A stretch of DNA of 64,000 nt from Octopus bimaculoides (Eukaryota): contig NC_068987.1 of the NCBI RefSeq assembly GCF_001194135.2, positions 27,018,239 to 27,082,238 of the forward strand, read 5' to 3'. The notes beneath the pieces are model-generated. The model did not search any database, had not been told where the DNA came from, and saw only the letters and a list, made by a program, of their open reading frames with translations. Below are positions 25,850 through 39,410 of the stretch, piece by piece. Numbering within the stretch: the stretch's first letter is position 1; each line of letters begins with the position of its first letter. A program made the position numbers and the translations under genes.

Positions 25850-26590
25850 TTCAAGGTAAAGAGGGTGAAAAGGTAGGCAAGCAAAAGTAAGTGGAGGGAG
25901 AAACTAGGCAACTCGATGGGAATGTGAGGAGGGTTAAAGCAAAGAAGGGGAGAAAGTGATAGGAGAATCCGATCAAAATAAGGGAGGGGCTGAGTGATCA
26001 GGGTATTGAGACAAGTAGAAGAAGAAATGGAGAGTTTGGAAGATAAGTGGGAGAGGTGGGATGGGTAATATTGTGAAGGTAGGTCGTTGTTGTTGGGTTT
26101 GACAACAGATGTTAGGGAAGGTGGGGCTATAGATATGAGAAAGGGAAATTGGAATATTGAGAGAAGGAAGGAGGCGAGTATTAAAGGGTGGCGAAGGAGG
26201 AATTTGATGAATGAAGGTGGGTTGGCAGTGAAGGGAGGAAACTGAAGTATATAGAAACGTATGAGAGTAAATAGAGAGAGGTGGACAGAGAGGGAGAAAG
26301 GGAGGCATAGGCTGGTAGGAAAGTTAGGGGTATGTAGTGCTACGTTGTTCTGGTTGAGGAAACTAGTAGATGAGGAATGAATTCTAAGTATGTAGATGGA
26401 GTGTGAGTAAATGGAGATGTGCTGGGTAAGAGGAATATGAAAAAGTAATCGGAAGAAGAATTATAGAAAAGAAGAGGTGGTAATAATAGAAGGATTATGT
26501 TGGTAGTGCGACTATGTTGGAACTGAAGCTTATATAATAATAGATGTGACATAATGGGCAAACGAGACCAACAAATTGAGTAACAGGTGT
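25850..26590 (-). mobile_element. Purine-rich (+ strand) tract, probably a heavily decayed Penelope-like RT/thumb region
   Basis: Strong strand asymmetry. Minus-strand remnants FTHTPSTYLEF (cf. KFTxTISxxSLPFLD) and a ccctttctccc segment (cf. IPFSQFLR). A pLTR-like repeat lies adjacent. Confidence 0.3.
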
Positions 26591-26809
26591 AATAAAAGAT
26601 AAGTTCTGAGGTCGATTAATTCGAGTAAATATTCTTCATGGCAGTGCCCCAGTATGGCTGCAGTCTAATGACTGAAACAAGTAACAGTTAAAAGAAAATA
26701 TATGCATGTACATCGCCTCCATTTCCACCCCACTCTCCATTCTTCTACCACCATCCTACCCATACTCCGCACCACATCCTACCACCTTATGTGGGCCACC
26801 ATATATATT

Positions 26810-26975
26810 GGGAGAATTTACGAAAAAACAACAGACGAAGACAGGTGGTGTAAACAACAAATGGATGTATTAGTTTAACGCTCGGGAATAGAGAAAGTCT
26901 TTGACGTTTCGAGCTAGGCTCTTCAACTGAAAGGAACACAGAAAGAAATTAGGAGAAAAACATGGAGGAAAAAAA
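26810..26975 (-). repeat. PLE pLTR-like dispersed repeat, copy 1
   Basis: gacgaagacaggt..aacaac..gtattagtttaacg.tcg..gaaagtcttt.acg.ttcga..tcttc.actgaaagg, directly repeated at 27495-27660. Confidence 0.6.
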
Positions 26976-27494
26976 TATATAAATGCAGTGGTCAGCGATC
27001 TACATATACATACGCAGACACGTGTGACTCAGTCTATGTATGGGTATGAGTAGGATCATCGGTATGTTTCACTAAAAACTGATTTGTTTAACCACTCCTT
27101 GTGAGCTGCGTACACATATCGACTTAGGAACAGACAAAGGATCGACGCAGCCATTGTATATCAGCGGAACATTAATAACTAGATCAGGACTGCAGCCGGA
27201 ACATCCGAGGGATCTAATGAGAATATCTATTTGGAACAGACGCAGGTCACGAGATATAATAGAAAGATTGTCTTTAAAATATGTAATGCAGGATTAGTAT
27301 AATACAGTATCTAAGTGAGATATTTAATCAATGCATGTACTTGATGACTGAACAGGTAGTTGGGGTATGTCAAATAAATAAATTGGAAGAAAATATATCA
27401 CCTATATCACATAAAGAACATCTGGAATATTGATCACAAATAACTCCTCTTTCTCTCTCTAGGTTCATATATACATATACATATACATATATTA

Positions 27495-27660
27495 GTCAAA
27501 TTTACAGAAAACAAAAGACGAAGACAGGTGTAGGAACAACGAGTAAGTGTATTAGTTTAACGTTCGTGAAGAATAGAAAGTCTTTTACGCTTCGAACCGA
27601 TGATCTTCGACTGAAAGGTACGAGAAGGGAAAAAGGGGGGAGAGAGAATGAAACAAAAAC
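27495..27660 (-). repeat. PLE pLTR-like dispersed repeat, copy 2
   Basis: Direct, diverged copy of 26810-26975. Confidence 0.6.
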
Positions 27661-27789
27661 GTAGAGAGAAAAAATGTTTTTTCGGGATTATATTTATATA
27701 TAAATGTATATATAAATATATGTATGTATGAATGCGAGGGTAGGGTAATGAATCACTATGTTATCGGAACCCAAAAGCATCAACACCGG

Positions 27790-27990
27790 TTTTCAAGCAT
27801 TGGTAAGGGAAAAGCACAAACATGCACACACAATTCTTTGAGATTCCCTCTACCAAATCCACTCAAAAAGCTTTGCTTCATCCGAGGCTATAGTAAAAGA
27901 GACTTGTCCAGAGAGACATTCAGTGGAGCTGAACCCGGAACCATTTGGTTGGGAAGATAGCGCCTTACCACAGAGCCACGCCTGTGTCTA
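27790..27990 (-). mobile_element. SINE family B
   Basis: ctaccaaatccactca..cagtggagctgaacccggaaccatttggttgggaag..cttaccacagagccacgcctg. Confidence 0.8.
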
Positions 27991-28179
27991 TGTATGAATA
28001 TATCTTTATGTAGGTATTTATATAAATACTCGTATGTAGGTGTGCGCAAATATATTGATGCGTGTGTATGTGCGCGCGCGCGTGTGTGATTAATTTTCTT
28101 CTCTGACAAACTAAAGAGTCCGCCTGTTCACGAGCCTTATTACTTCAATTTTCACAGCAGACCAGTATTATTTTCTAGG

Positions 28180-29500
<1,321 letters not shown>

Positions 29501-29504
29501 TTTA

Positions 29505-30740
29505 AACACCGAACTTAATGCTAAAACTAAGATAATAGGGATAAACACGCTAGCCATACTAGTCATAAATTACAGCTTTAACATAATAAACTGGAAGATC
29601 AGTGAATTCAGAAACGTAGATAGAAATATCAGAAAAAAATACTAGCAGCGTACCACCCCAAAGCAGACGCAGACAGAACATAACTACCCCACTCGGAACG
29701 AGGCCGTGGTATGATACAGATAGAAAACTACAATAAAATAACAACAGCTGGACCAACAAAATACTTGGAAACAACGGGTGGAAGATTATTGCACGTAGTA
29801 AGGTGACACGAGAAAAACGAAAACTCTTTTCTCTACACACAAGTGGGTGAAAGAATACAAAACATAAACAAACTATACTGACAGTCTTAACTCAGATGAC
29901 ATCATAGCAGAAATGGTCAGAGAGACAAAGAAAAAACAACAACAACATAGAGACTGAATTACAAAAGATACTGAAGAAGAAATGGAGAGGAAAATCACTC
30001 CAAGGATTTACAGAGAGGAAGTGAGCCTAAGTAAAAACCAACAATGACTCCAAAGCTCTGGGGTAAAAGCCGAAACGGAAAGATTGATTCTCACTGCACA
30101 AGACCAATGCCTGGCTACAAACAGTTATAAAGGCAAAATAAGGAAAACAGGCCTCAAAACCAAATGCAGAATGGGTACCTAACACAATGAGACAGTTAAC
30201 CACATCATCTCGCGCTGTCCAGTCATTGTTAAGTCTGAATATGTATACAGACACGACAAAGTAAGCAGACAATATGCCAATAGTACAACATCAAAACTGA
30301 CAACAGGCGGTACAAGCATGTGTCTAGCAATGTACAAGACAAGGACCAGGTTACAATCATCTGGGATATGCCGGTTCAAATCGACACAGAAATAAAAGCT
30401 AATCACCCAGACATAATAATCAAGGATTGGGGAAAAAAAACCTTGCTTACTGATAGACATTGCAGTCCTTCCTGATCACAACATTCTCAAAAAAGAATTG
30501 GATAAATTGTCCAAGTACAAAGACCTCAAAATTGGAGTATTCAAAATGGTGGGGGGAGGGCATGAAGTTAAAAGCACCACCGATAATATTTCGATCATTT
30601 GGCATGATAAAATATCATGTGAGATGTAAAATGTAAAAGCTCTACCTGGATCCTCGACACTACAAACTGTCCACAAAATAGCCCTGCTAGGAACAGCCCA
30701 CATCCTACGGAAGACACTACCATTCCAATAATAAATCCTG
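29505..30740 (+). mobile_element. R4/Dong-clade non-LTR retrotransposon, 3' half: end of RT, CCHC zinc knuckle and restriction-like endonuclease; frameshifted
   Basis: TELNAKTKIIGINTLA..SFNIINW, HPKADADR, GVKAETERLILTAQDQCLATN, KCRM..ETVNHIISRCP..YRHDKV, IIWDMPVQIDTEIKANHPDIIIKD, LIDIAV..KELDKLSKYKDL, KIALLGTAHILRKTL-stop (PD-(D/E)xK REL). Confidence 0.92.
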
Positions 30741-31065
30741 AACAAAACAACTCGCAAATTCAAGACGCACAATACATTGAAATAAACTCCCAACTGCAAG
30801 TCAGAAATACCAAAGCCTTATTACACACTCAACACACAATACAAGCACCACCAAAACGAAAGACAACACCACATCTCAAGAAAAAAAAAACAAACTAACA
30901 CAATATAGTAACGGGAAGAGACTGTACATTCCCAGCAGCAGAAACAAAACATACAATGCTGAACACACCCCAGCAACACGGAGGTGTAGCAGCTGACGCA
31001 GTAGAAATTTGCCTCACTCTACCAAATATTGAACAGTTATAATAATCATTATTTACATTTTCATC

Positions 31066-31293
31066 TTGTTTACTGTCAAAGACAATCAGCTAGCATTCCG
31101 GGACGTATTAACAACACACACTAAGTATGGATTCAGGACATCCGTATACCGCAAGCCGACCTTCATTGGACGATACCCTAACTTCAATTCTCACCATCCA
31201 TACATTGTAAAGATAGGGATTGCTCAGTGCCTAAAATATCGAGAAAAGAGTATAAGTAACGATCGTTATGCCCACTACGAAGTAATGGTGTGA
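31066..31293 (+). mobile_element. Penelope-like RT fragment
   Basis: FTV..DNQLAFRDVL..GFRTSVYRKPTFIGRYPNFNSHHP..KIGIAQCL matches the PLE FLD/YRKPT/SHHP signature. Confidence 0.85.
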
Positions 31294-31597
31294 AAATCTG
31301 AGTTATGATATTTTTTAGTCATCCTGTTAAATATTTTATTTAAATATGCTCTACATTGCTATATTGAGTTTCGTAATTTATCGCCTCCTGGTGATATTGG
31401 TAAATCAATAGAAACACACATACACACACTGATACACACGCATACACATACAAACACATTCGCTTGCATACAATCATGTGGACACTCAAACGCACCTAGA
31501 CCCTATAACATTCTCTTTCTTTTCTCTTTCTCTCTCTGTCCTGCACACAAACTTATATATACATACATAAATATATATATATGTAACTATATATACC

Positions 31598-31633
<36 letters not shown>

Positions 31634-32272
31634 NNNNNNNNNNNNNNNNNNNNNNNNNNNNNNNNNNNNNNNNNNNNNNNNNNNNNNNNNNNNNNNNNNN
31701 NNNNNNNNNNNNNNNNNNNNNNNNNNNNNNNNNNNNNNNNNNNNNNNNNNNNNNNNNNNNNNNNNNNNNNNNNNNNNNNNNNNNNNNNNNNNNNNNNNNN
31801 NNNNNNNNNNNNNNNNNNNNNNNNNNNNNNNNNNNNNNNNNNNNNNNNNNNNNNNNNNNNNNNNNNNNNNNNNNNNNNNNNNNNNNNNNNNNNNNNNNNN
31901 NNNNNNNNNNNNNNNNNNNNNNNNNNNNNNNNNNNNNNNNNNNNNNNNNNNNNNNNNNNNNNNNNNNNNNNNNNNNNNNNNNNNNNNNNNNNNNNNNNNN
32001 NNNNNNNNNNNNNNNNNNNNNNNNNNNNNNNNNNNNNNNNNNNNNNNNNNNNNNNNNNNNNNNNNNNNNNNNNNNNNNNNNNNNNNNNNNNNNNNNNNNN
32101 NNNNNNNNNNNNNNNNNNNNNNNNNNNNNNNNNNNNNNNNNNNNNNNNNNNNNNNNNNNNNNNNNNNNNNNNNNNNNATATAATATATGTATGATATATA
32201 TGTATATGTGTGTGGGTGGGTGTGGGTACACTTCGCGTTCCTGTCTTAAATTTTAATAGAATTTAATATCTT

Positions 32273-32500
32273 AGGCGGCTAGCTGGCAGAAACGTTAGCA
32301 TGCCAGGCTTAGCGGTATTTCGTCTCCCGCTACGTTCTGAGTTCAAATACCGCCAAGGTCGACTTTGCCTTTCATCCTTTCGGGGTCGATTGAATAAGCA
32401 CCAGATACGCACTGGGGTCGATATAATCGACTTAATCCATTTATCTGTCCTTGTTTGTCCCCTCTGTGTGTAACCCCTTGTGGGCAGTAAAGAAATAAGA
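32273..32500 (+). mobile_element. SINE family A, full length
   Basis: Complete head-to-tail match to the family; agaatttaatatctt before and aagaatttaatatctc after look like a target-site duplication. Confidence 0.9.
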
Positions 32501-34217
32501 ATTTAATATCTCACAATGTTTCTCATAAATTATACGTGTATTATTGTCAGTAACTTCGAATTTTCACCAATTTCTTGCCGTGTCAGATGTTAGGATTTGT
32601 CAAATAGAATCGGTCGTTAAATCTAATGATGATGGATAAAATTACACATAGCTAAGATTCTTTCTTTCTTTGAGCGAATACTGGAGACGAGTCAAGCAGA
32701 ATTTCATACCCAAATTCTTTGCAGATTTTAATCATAAAATTTGCTATTATTTCCACAATTGTTGTTATTGTCACTATCATTGATACAGTTGTTGGCATCT
32801 ACGCTATTGTTTTTTTTTTCTTTTGTGGTTGCTGTTTAGCTACAGTTCAAGTATATTTACCGAGAAATTTCTGTATTATAATCAGATATATGATATATGT
32901 ATATATGTATGTATGTATGTATGAGTATGTGTGAATATGAGTGTCAATTTATGTACGTATTTGTGTGTGTGTGTGTGTGAGTGTATGTGCGAGCATGCAT
33001 GTAAGCGTTTGAGTGTCTATACTATTTCATTATGCAATGTTAAATTACGTTTTACGGAAGCAAGATGCCAGTTTATGGAGATTCACCTGGTGTATCTAGC
33101 TTGGGCAATTTTTATGTTTCTTAATTATGTGTCAGTAGCTTCTGTTAATATTTTCATAATTGGATTCTAAGCAAATTGTTTTCAACAATGACAATGAGAT
33201 ATTAATCAACACGTTCCTCTCTGATACAGAATTTCAATCAGTATCCTTGCTAAAAAAAAAACAGAACAACACCAATAAATCAGAGTTGTTGGCAGCTTTT
33301 ATCTGTATCACTTCGTACTCATGTCATAATTACATGATATTATTGTATGTAACTAAATATAGATGTATTAGTTTCTAGAGATCTTCCGTATTATACATTA
33401 TCATTATCACTTTATCTTCCATAAGTGACATCATACGCAATCTTCTCTACATTACTATCAGATAAGTCCAGCTATAATCAGACCAATCTTAGGTTATAAA
33501 TATATACAATGATTGCGAGAACCCACTCTGGAACATATTAAGCACCTTTTATGCATCAGTTTTCATGGAAATAAAAGAATACTATTCAATGAAGAAAATA
33601 TATTAAAAGCACAATGATTATCAAAAGTCATTGTTGTATTATCTCTACACAACTTTTATGAGCACTTATATAATCAATGCCATTTCCAAAAAGTGTATAA
33701 TGAATTTCATAATCCAGTGTAGTATTATCTTATAAAATACTAGGGTAAAACTTCACGAGAATTTTAAAGCTATTCTTCGAAGGCATAGCAGCCATATACA
33801 TATTCATGTCAGCAATAAAAAACACTAGTTTGTTGCCAGTTTGACGGTGGTGATCAATTATGGTCTTAGCAATGCGCGCAAAAGGATAGAGCATGTTGAG
33901 TTTTGTCATTAACAGATGACCATCTGTATATTATTAGCCAGGGTTCGATAGGGTTGGATCTATCTATTTGCCCGTTACGTAATTGCCATAGTCTTGAATT
34001 TAAAGCGCGGTAACTAATCACCGTAAGCCATTTTTTCTGGTATTTTATACATGTTATCCCACTTATGTTACCAAATGATAATAGTATGTAACATAGTTTA
34101 TAATGTGTAACATAACTATGATACAAATCCATTTAAACCCTTATTAAGTAATTTGCAGCGACAGAAGTAAAATATTCCTGTCAGTGTACTCTATCGTCTT
34201 AATATTGAACCCATTCG

Positions 34218-34430
34218 AAGGCGGCGAGCTGGCAGAATCATTAGCACGCCGGGCGAAATGCTTAGCGGTATTTCGTCTGTCTTTACATTCTGAGTTCAAA
34301 TTCCACCGAGGTCGACTTTGTCTTTTGTCCTTTCAGGGTCGATAAATTAAGTATCAGTTGCGTACTGTAGTCCATCTAATCGACTGGCCCCCTCCCTAAA
34401 AATGTCGGGCCTTGCGCCTAGAGTAGAAAA
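34218..34430 (+). mobile_element. SINE family A, full length
   Basis: ggcggcgagctggcagaatcattagcacgccgggcgaaatgcttagcgg..cctagagtagaaaag; attgaacccattcga before and attgagcccattcga after look like a target-site duplication. Confidence 0.9.
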
Positions 34431-35174
34431 GACGTATTGAGCCCATTCGATAAAGTAGCAATAATATTTCGAAAAATCGAGATGGGCATTGTTAAAATAC
34501 TTTTGAGATTTCATCATAGATCTGTTGTAGCATGGTCGAACAAGAAGGTTAGAAATTAATTCCATTGTGTGAGTTACGATAGTAAAATAAAAAGAAACAA
34601 AAACATCTCAGTATATATAGCCATATGATATATCTATGGAAGGTCAATATGACATAGGTTGGAAAACTAAATAAATGGCTTCTATAATAAGACGTAATTA
34701 GTATTATAACAGTAAAGTGAGCACCAGTATGCATAATCTAATAATGCAAAATACTTTACTTGATTAAACATCACATCCAGAAGGAAGAAAAATTTCTCTG
34801 AATGATTATTTCTCTCCAAGAAATCCATGGGAGACCGGCACTGCACGTGATTCATTGAAGATAGAATGTGATACGTAATTAGGTGTCTAGTCTATGGTAA
34901 TCCGGTAACGATTGCAGAGAGTTTTCAGTCTTATTAAAGATCATCAGTGGAGAATAGTGTGACCACTATTATTACATCTTAGAAGACTTAGAGATATATG
35001 AAAGGTGTGTGAATAAATTGAGTGGCAAAATAACTTGAAAATATAAATGCGCAGAAAAGTAACAAAACCGCTTACAGTATTAAAATGAATTAATATTTAC
35101 TAAGTGGTAAGTACCAAATATAATTCCATAAAAATATACAGTTTGTTTAGTAACTGGTAAAGCAGACAACTTAA

Positions 35175-35177
<3 letters not shown>

Positions 35178-35270
<93 letters not shown>
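35178..35270. repeat. (AT)n(AG)n microsatellite
   Basis: Seen directly. Confidence 0.95.
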
Positions 35271-35273
<3 letters not shown>

Positions 35274-35353
35274 AGAAGAATTAGAGAAATTTTCTACCAG
35301 TGGCTAGCATGCATAAAATAGTCAATAGAAGACTTATTTTTCATATAAAATTA

Positions 35354-35544
35354 GTTCATTTTTATACACAAAGGACGTGACTCTAACAAGACATCCTACA
35401 TGCTAAAAGCAGCAGTCAAAGCCCAAACCACAGTTTATTTTTCATCCCCTTCGAAATTACTCTTAAACGTGGTTTGGGTTTTGACTGTTCCTTTTAGCAT
35501 GTAAGGTGTCCTGTTAGGGTCACCTCTTTTGTGTATAAATGCAC
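35354..35544. mobile_element. MITE-like fold-back element (about 70-75 bp inverted arms, about 37 bp spacer)
   Basis: 35361-35431 aligns without gaps to the reverse complement of 35469-35539. Confidence 0.7.
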
Positions 35545-37148
35545 TCCAGTTTTATATATATATATACTAAATCATAAGGTGTTCAAAAACCACTGCTGCA
35601 CTACAATGCAAAAGATCTAGTGATACTCACCTTTAGTTATTTCAACTGTTCATGTACATGGCTGTACGGCAGCTCTGATTTTAGAGGTCTAGAATAAAAA
35701 GGTTCAAACAAGAGTCAATCAGTTTTAATACGGATATTTAGAAATGCGTTGTCCAATGTCCTTTTAGTTTTTAACAAGGCAGAGTGTGTTATTTTCGGGG
35801 ATTTGGTTGGTATTTTCAGCAGCTTAGATGACCATGCTTTAGCAACTTCAATGGATACTGTGATTCATGTTAATTATGTTTGGCAATGAATTCTATTATG
35901 TTTTCCTAATTTACATTTCAGCTGTTGAAAATAGAACTTTAATTAGAATTCTCAATATTTCCGAAGTACTTTACATTCCTGAAACCCTTGAGGAAGCAGC
36001 TGTTACATTTAATATCGTAAAAACATCTGTCAACTGATAATATGAACCCTATGTCCATTTCCTTTCAAACTTCGGGTGTAGTAATTAATGGTACATCAAT
36101 CAAGAATCTCTTCCTAATGAAATACATGCGTTTCATTCATCGTTATACTATTGGTTTGTATCAAGAGGTTACGTACTAATATCGTTGAGACAACACTGTT
36201 TTAAAGCAGTTAAGAGTAAACACATCCTATTATTTAGATGCTGATTAAAATTGGATAATTTCAAAGTGATATTTTCAAACACGTTTTTGTATAGTTTTAA
36301 ATATTTAAATTTTGTTAAAGACCCTCTGCCATGGATTCCATTCAGTTGCTTTATTGAACAGAATCAGATCTGAGACAACGCGCAGTTGGTTTTAGAATTT
36401 TTAATATGGAAAGCTATTATGTGACGAAAACCTCACATTAGACTTTTCAACAGAAAATTTAATTGGGAATTTACGAAAATAAAACCATTTTCTGTGAATA
36501 TATTCTTAATCACTACAGGCATAGACACGGAATTTTAGCTAGAATTTCCGCTCTGCACTCATCGGGGTCTAGAATCGTCCCCACTATGTGGAATTTTCAG
36601 TTAGTGTGTTCTGTTATGGACTTGGCAAGACCAAATGTACGGAGATGGGATAAACAACGTGGAAACAGAACGCATGTATGTACATAAGTATTTACGTGTT
36701 TATGTATATTTGTGCATGTATAAGTACGTGCGCATGTATGTATATACATAGGAATACACACATACGTATAAATACATTTATGGGATAGATTCTTTAAACT
36801 CTCAGACAGTCTTTTAAGTTATCATTTATTAATTTTAGAGAAATCATATTATCGAGATTCTTTCACTTATTCATTTCCACTTTGTTCCAGTTTCTGAACA
36901 ATTGTTTTACCATCTCTTGAAATAAAGATAATTTCAATGAATCAAGAATCTATCTTCTGCAGTATTTATATAATGTTATTCGTCTTTGTTGTTCAAATAC
37001 ATGGTACAGACCAGTCTGATTTTTTTCTTCACTCAGATATATGTATATATGCATATATATGTGTGCACATGGAAACAAAGCACCCCACACACACACATAA
37101 ACACACACGCGTAAAAACACATCTATACACATACCTACAGAATACACA

Positions 37149-37196
<48 letters not shown>

Positions 37197-38030
37197 NNNN
37201 NNNNNNNNNNNNNNNNNNNNNNNNNNNNNNNNNNNNNNNNNNNNNNNNNNNNNNNNNNNNNNNNNNNNNNNNNNNNNNNNNNNNNNNNNNNNNNNNNNNN
37301 NNNNNNNNNNNNNNNNNNNNNNNNNNNNNNNNNNNNNNNNNNNNNNNNNNNNNNNNNNNNNNNNNNNNNNNNNNNNNNNNNNNNNNNNNNNNNNNNNNNN
37401 NNNNNNNNNNNNNNNNNNNNNNNNNNNNNNNNNNNNNNNNNNNNNNNNNNNNNNNNNNNNNNNNNNNNNNNNNNNNNNNNNNNNNNNNNNNNNNNNNNNN
37501 NNNNNNNNNNNNNNNNNNNNNNNNNNNNNNNNNNNNNNNNNNNNNNNNNNNNNNNNNNNNNNNNNNNNNNNNNNNNNNNNNNNNNNNNNNNNNNNNNNNN
37601 NNNNNNNNNNNNNNNNNNNNNNNNNNNNNNNNNNNNNNNNNNNNNNNNNNNNNNNNNNNNNNNNNNNNNNNNNNNNNNNNNNNNNNNNNNNNNNNNNNNN
37701 NNNNNNNNNNNNNNNNNNNNNNNNNNNNNNNNNNNNNNNNNNNNNNNNNNNNNNNNNNNNNNNNNNNNNNNNNNNNNNNNNNNNNNNNNNNNNNNNNNNN
37801 NNNNNNNNNNNNNNNNNNNNNNNNNNNNNNNNNNNNNNNNNNNNNNNNNNNNNNNNNNNNNNNNNNNNNNNNNNNNNNNNNNNNNNNNNNNNNNNNNNNN
37901 NNNNNNNNNNNNNNNNNNNNNNNNNNNNNNNNNNNNNNNNNNNNNNNNNNNNNNNNNNNNNNNNNNNNNNNNNNNNNNNNNNNNNNNNNNNNNNNNNNNN
38001 NNNNNNNNNNNNNNNNNNNNNNNNNNNNNN

Positions 38031-38935
38031 CACTTAGGAGAATCTCTGTCATGCTCAACTGTTTCATGTGGGTGCTCTGTTCTCCAAATACGCACATCGT
38101 GTCGATTGACTGTGCCGCTCATGTGAAAAGTCCCTCCATCACTAAAAATTAAACGTGAAATGAATGTTTCGCCTTCCATCATCTCCAGCATCCATTCACA
38201 AAGTTTCATCTGCTTCCCCTTGTCGTCATTGGTAAGTGCCTGAACGAGGTCTCAAATGTAGACGTCTTCTTATTTCTTTATTGACCACAAGGGGCTACAC
38301 ACAGAGGGGACAAACAAGGACAGACAAACGGATTAAGTCGATTACATCGACCCCAGTGCGTAACTGGTACTTATTAAATCGACCTCGATAGGATCAAAGG
38401 CTAAGTCGATCTCGGCGGAATTTGAACTCAGAACGTAACAGCAGACGAAATGCCGCTAAGCATTTTGCCCGTTGTGCTAACGTTTCTGCCAGCTCACCGC
38501 CTTCTTAGCACAGTGTCTTCTTAGCACACGCCAGATAGTGAATAGAGGGATTGCAAGCTCACGGCTTGCTCAATTTCTGGACTTCCGCGGCTTCTCTCAA
38601 ACGCGGCACGGATTCTTGTCACTTGTTTCCCCAAAACTCGTGGTCATCCTGGACTTTCACCGTTACACAGACACCCACTCTCTTAAAACTATTGAAACCA
38701 TCGTCGAATTTTCTTTGGAGAGGCTGGATTAATGTCGAATCGCCTTCGAAAAACACGCTTCACCATGAGAACCAAACTTGTTTTCGCGAACTCCACAACG
38801 CAGAACACCTTTTTCTGAAGACTCCCCATTCTGAGTGTAAACTGACAACTGAAAGTTGCCGAAAGAACGACGCGAGTATCCATTCAAAACTTAGAAAACT
38901 TAGTTCAGCCCGTCTTATATCATTTTGAACATGTG
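38031..38935 (-). mobile_element. Decayed Tc1/mariner transposase of maT/rosa type, interrupted by a SINE and running into an assembly gap
   Basis: MGSLQKKVFCVVEFAK..FRRRF..PKKIRRWFQ (HTH) and LIFSDGGTFHMSGTVNRHDVRIW..EHDRDSPK (cf. FSDEATFHLSGxVNRHNVRIWG). Confidence 0.85.
38273..38500 (-). mobile_element. SINE family A inserted into the maT/rosa-like transposase
   Basis: Full-length minus-strand copy flanked by the duplicated gtcttctta. Confidence 0.9.
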
Positions 38936-39214
38936 TTTCGTCCCTTGTGAAATTGCCAATACATTATCAGACTATTTGTGGGGGTATTATGATCAGCGAA
39001 AACTGTTATGTTTCCTATAATTGTTGCACTCCAGCTTGACTTTTGTCCACATACGGAAATCTGTAAAAAAAAGAATCAAGGAATGGAACAATACCTAGTC
39101 TGTGGTACTATGATAACCACTCTGTGATACCTTTCGTAAGGTCAATAAAACAATTTCTTCCTTACTGGATACATCCGTGCATTTCATTCTTTGTAATATT
39201 TAAATTCGGAATAA

Positions 39215-39410
39215 GATGGCGGGCTGGCAGAATTTTTAGCACGCCAGGCAAAATTCTTTGCAACATTTTGTACATTTTTACGTTCTGAGTTCATCCTTTC
39301 ATCGTTTCAGGGTCGGTAATTTAAATACCAGTCGAGCATTGGGAACGAAGTAATTGACTTATCCCATCCCTTGTATTTGCTAGCCGTGTGCCAAAACTTC
39401 AAACTAATAT
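39215..39410 (+). mobile_element. SINE family A, diverged
   Basis: gatggcgggctggcagaatttttagcacgccaggc..gttctgagttc..cagggtcg..ccagtcgagcattggg. Confidence 0.75.

Noticed and set aside
38689-38710. IRRWFQ resembling homeodomain helix 3
   Set aside because: It lies within the HTH of the maT/rosa-like transposase, with no WFQNRR or other homeobox context.
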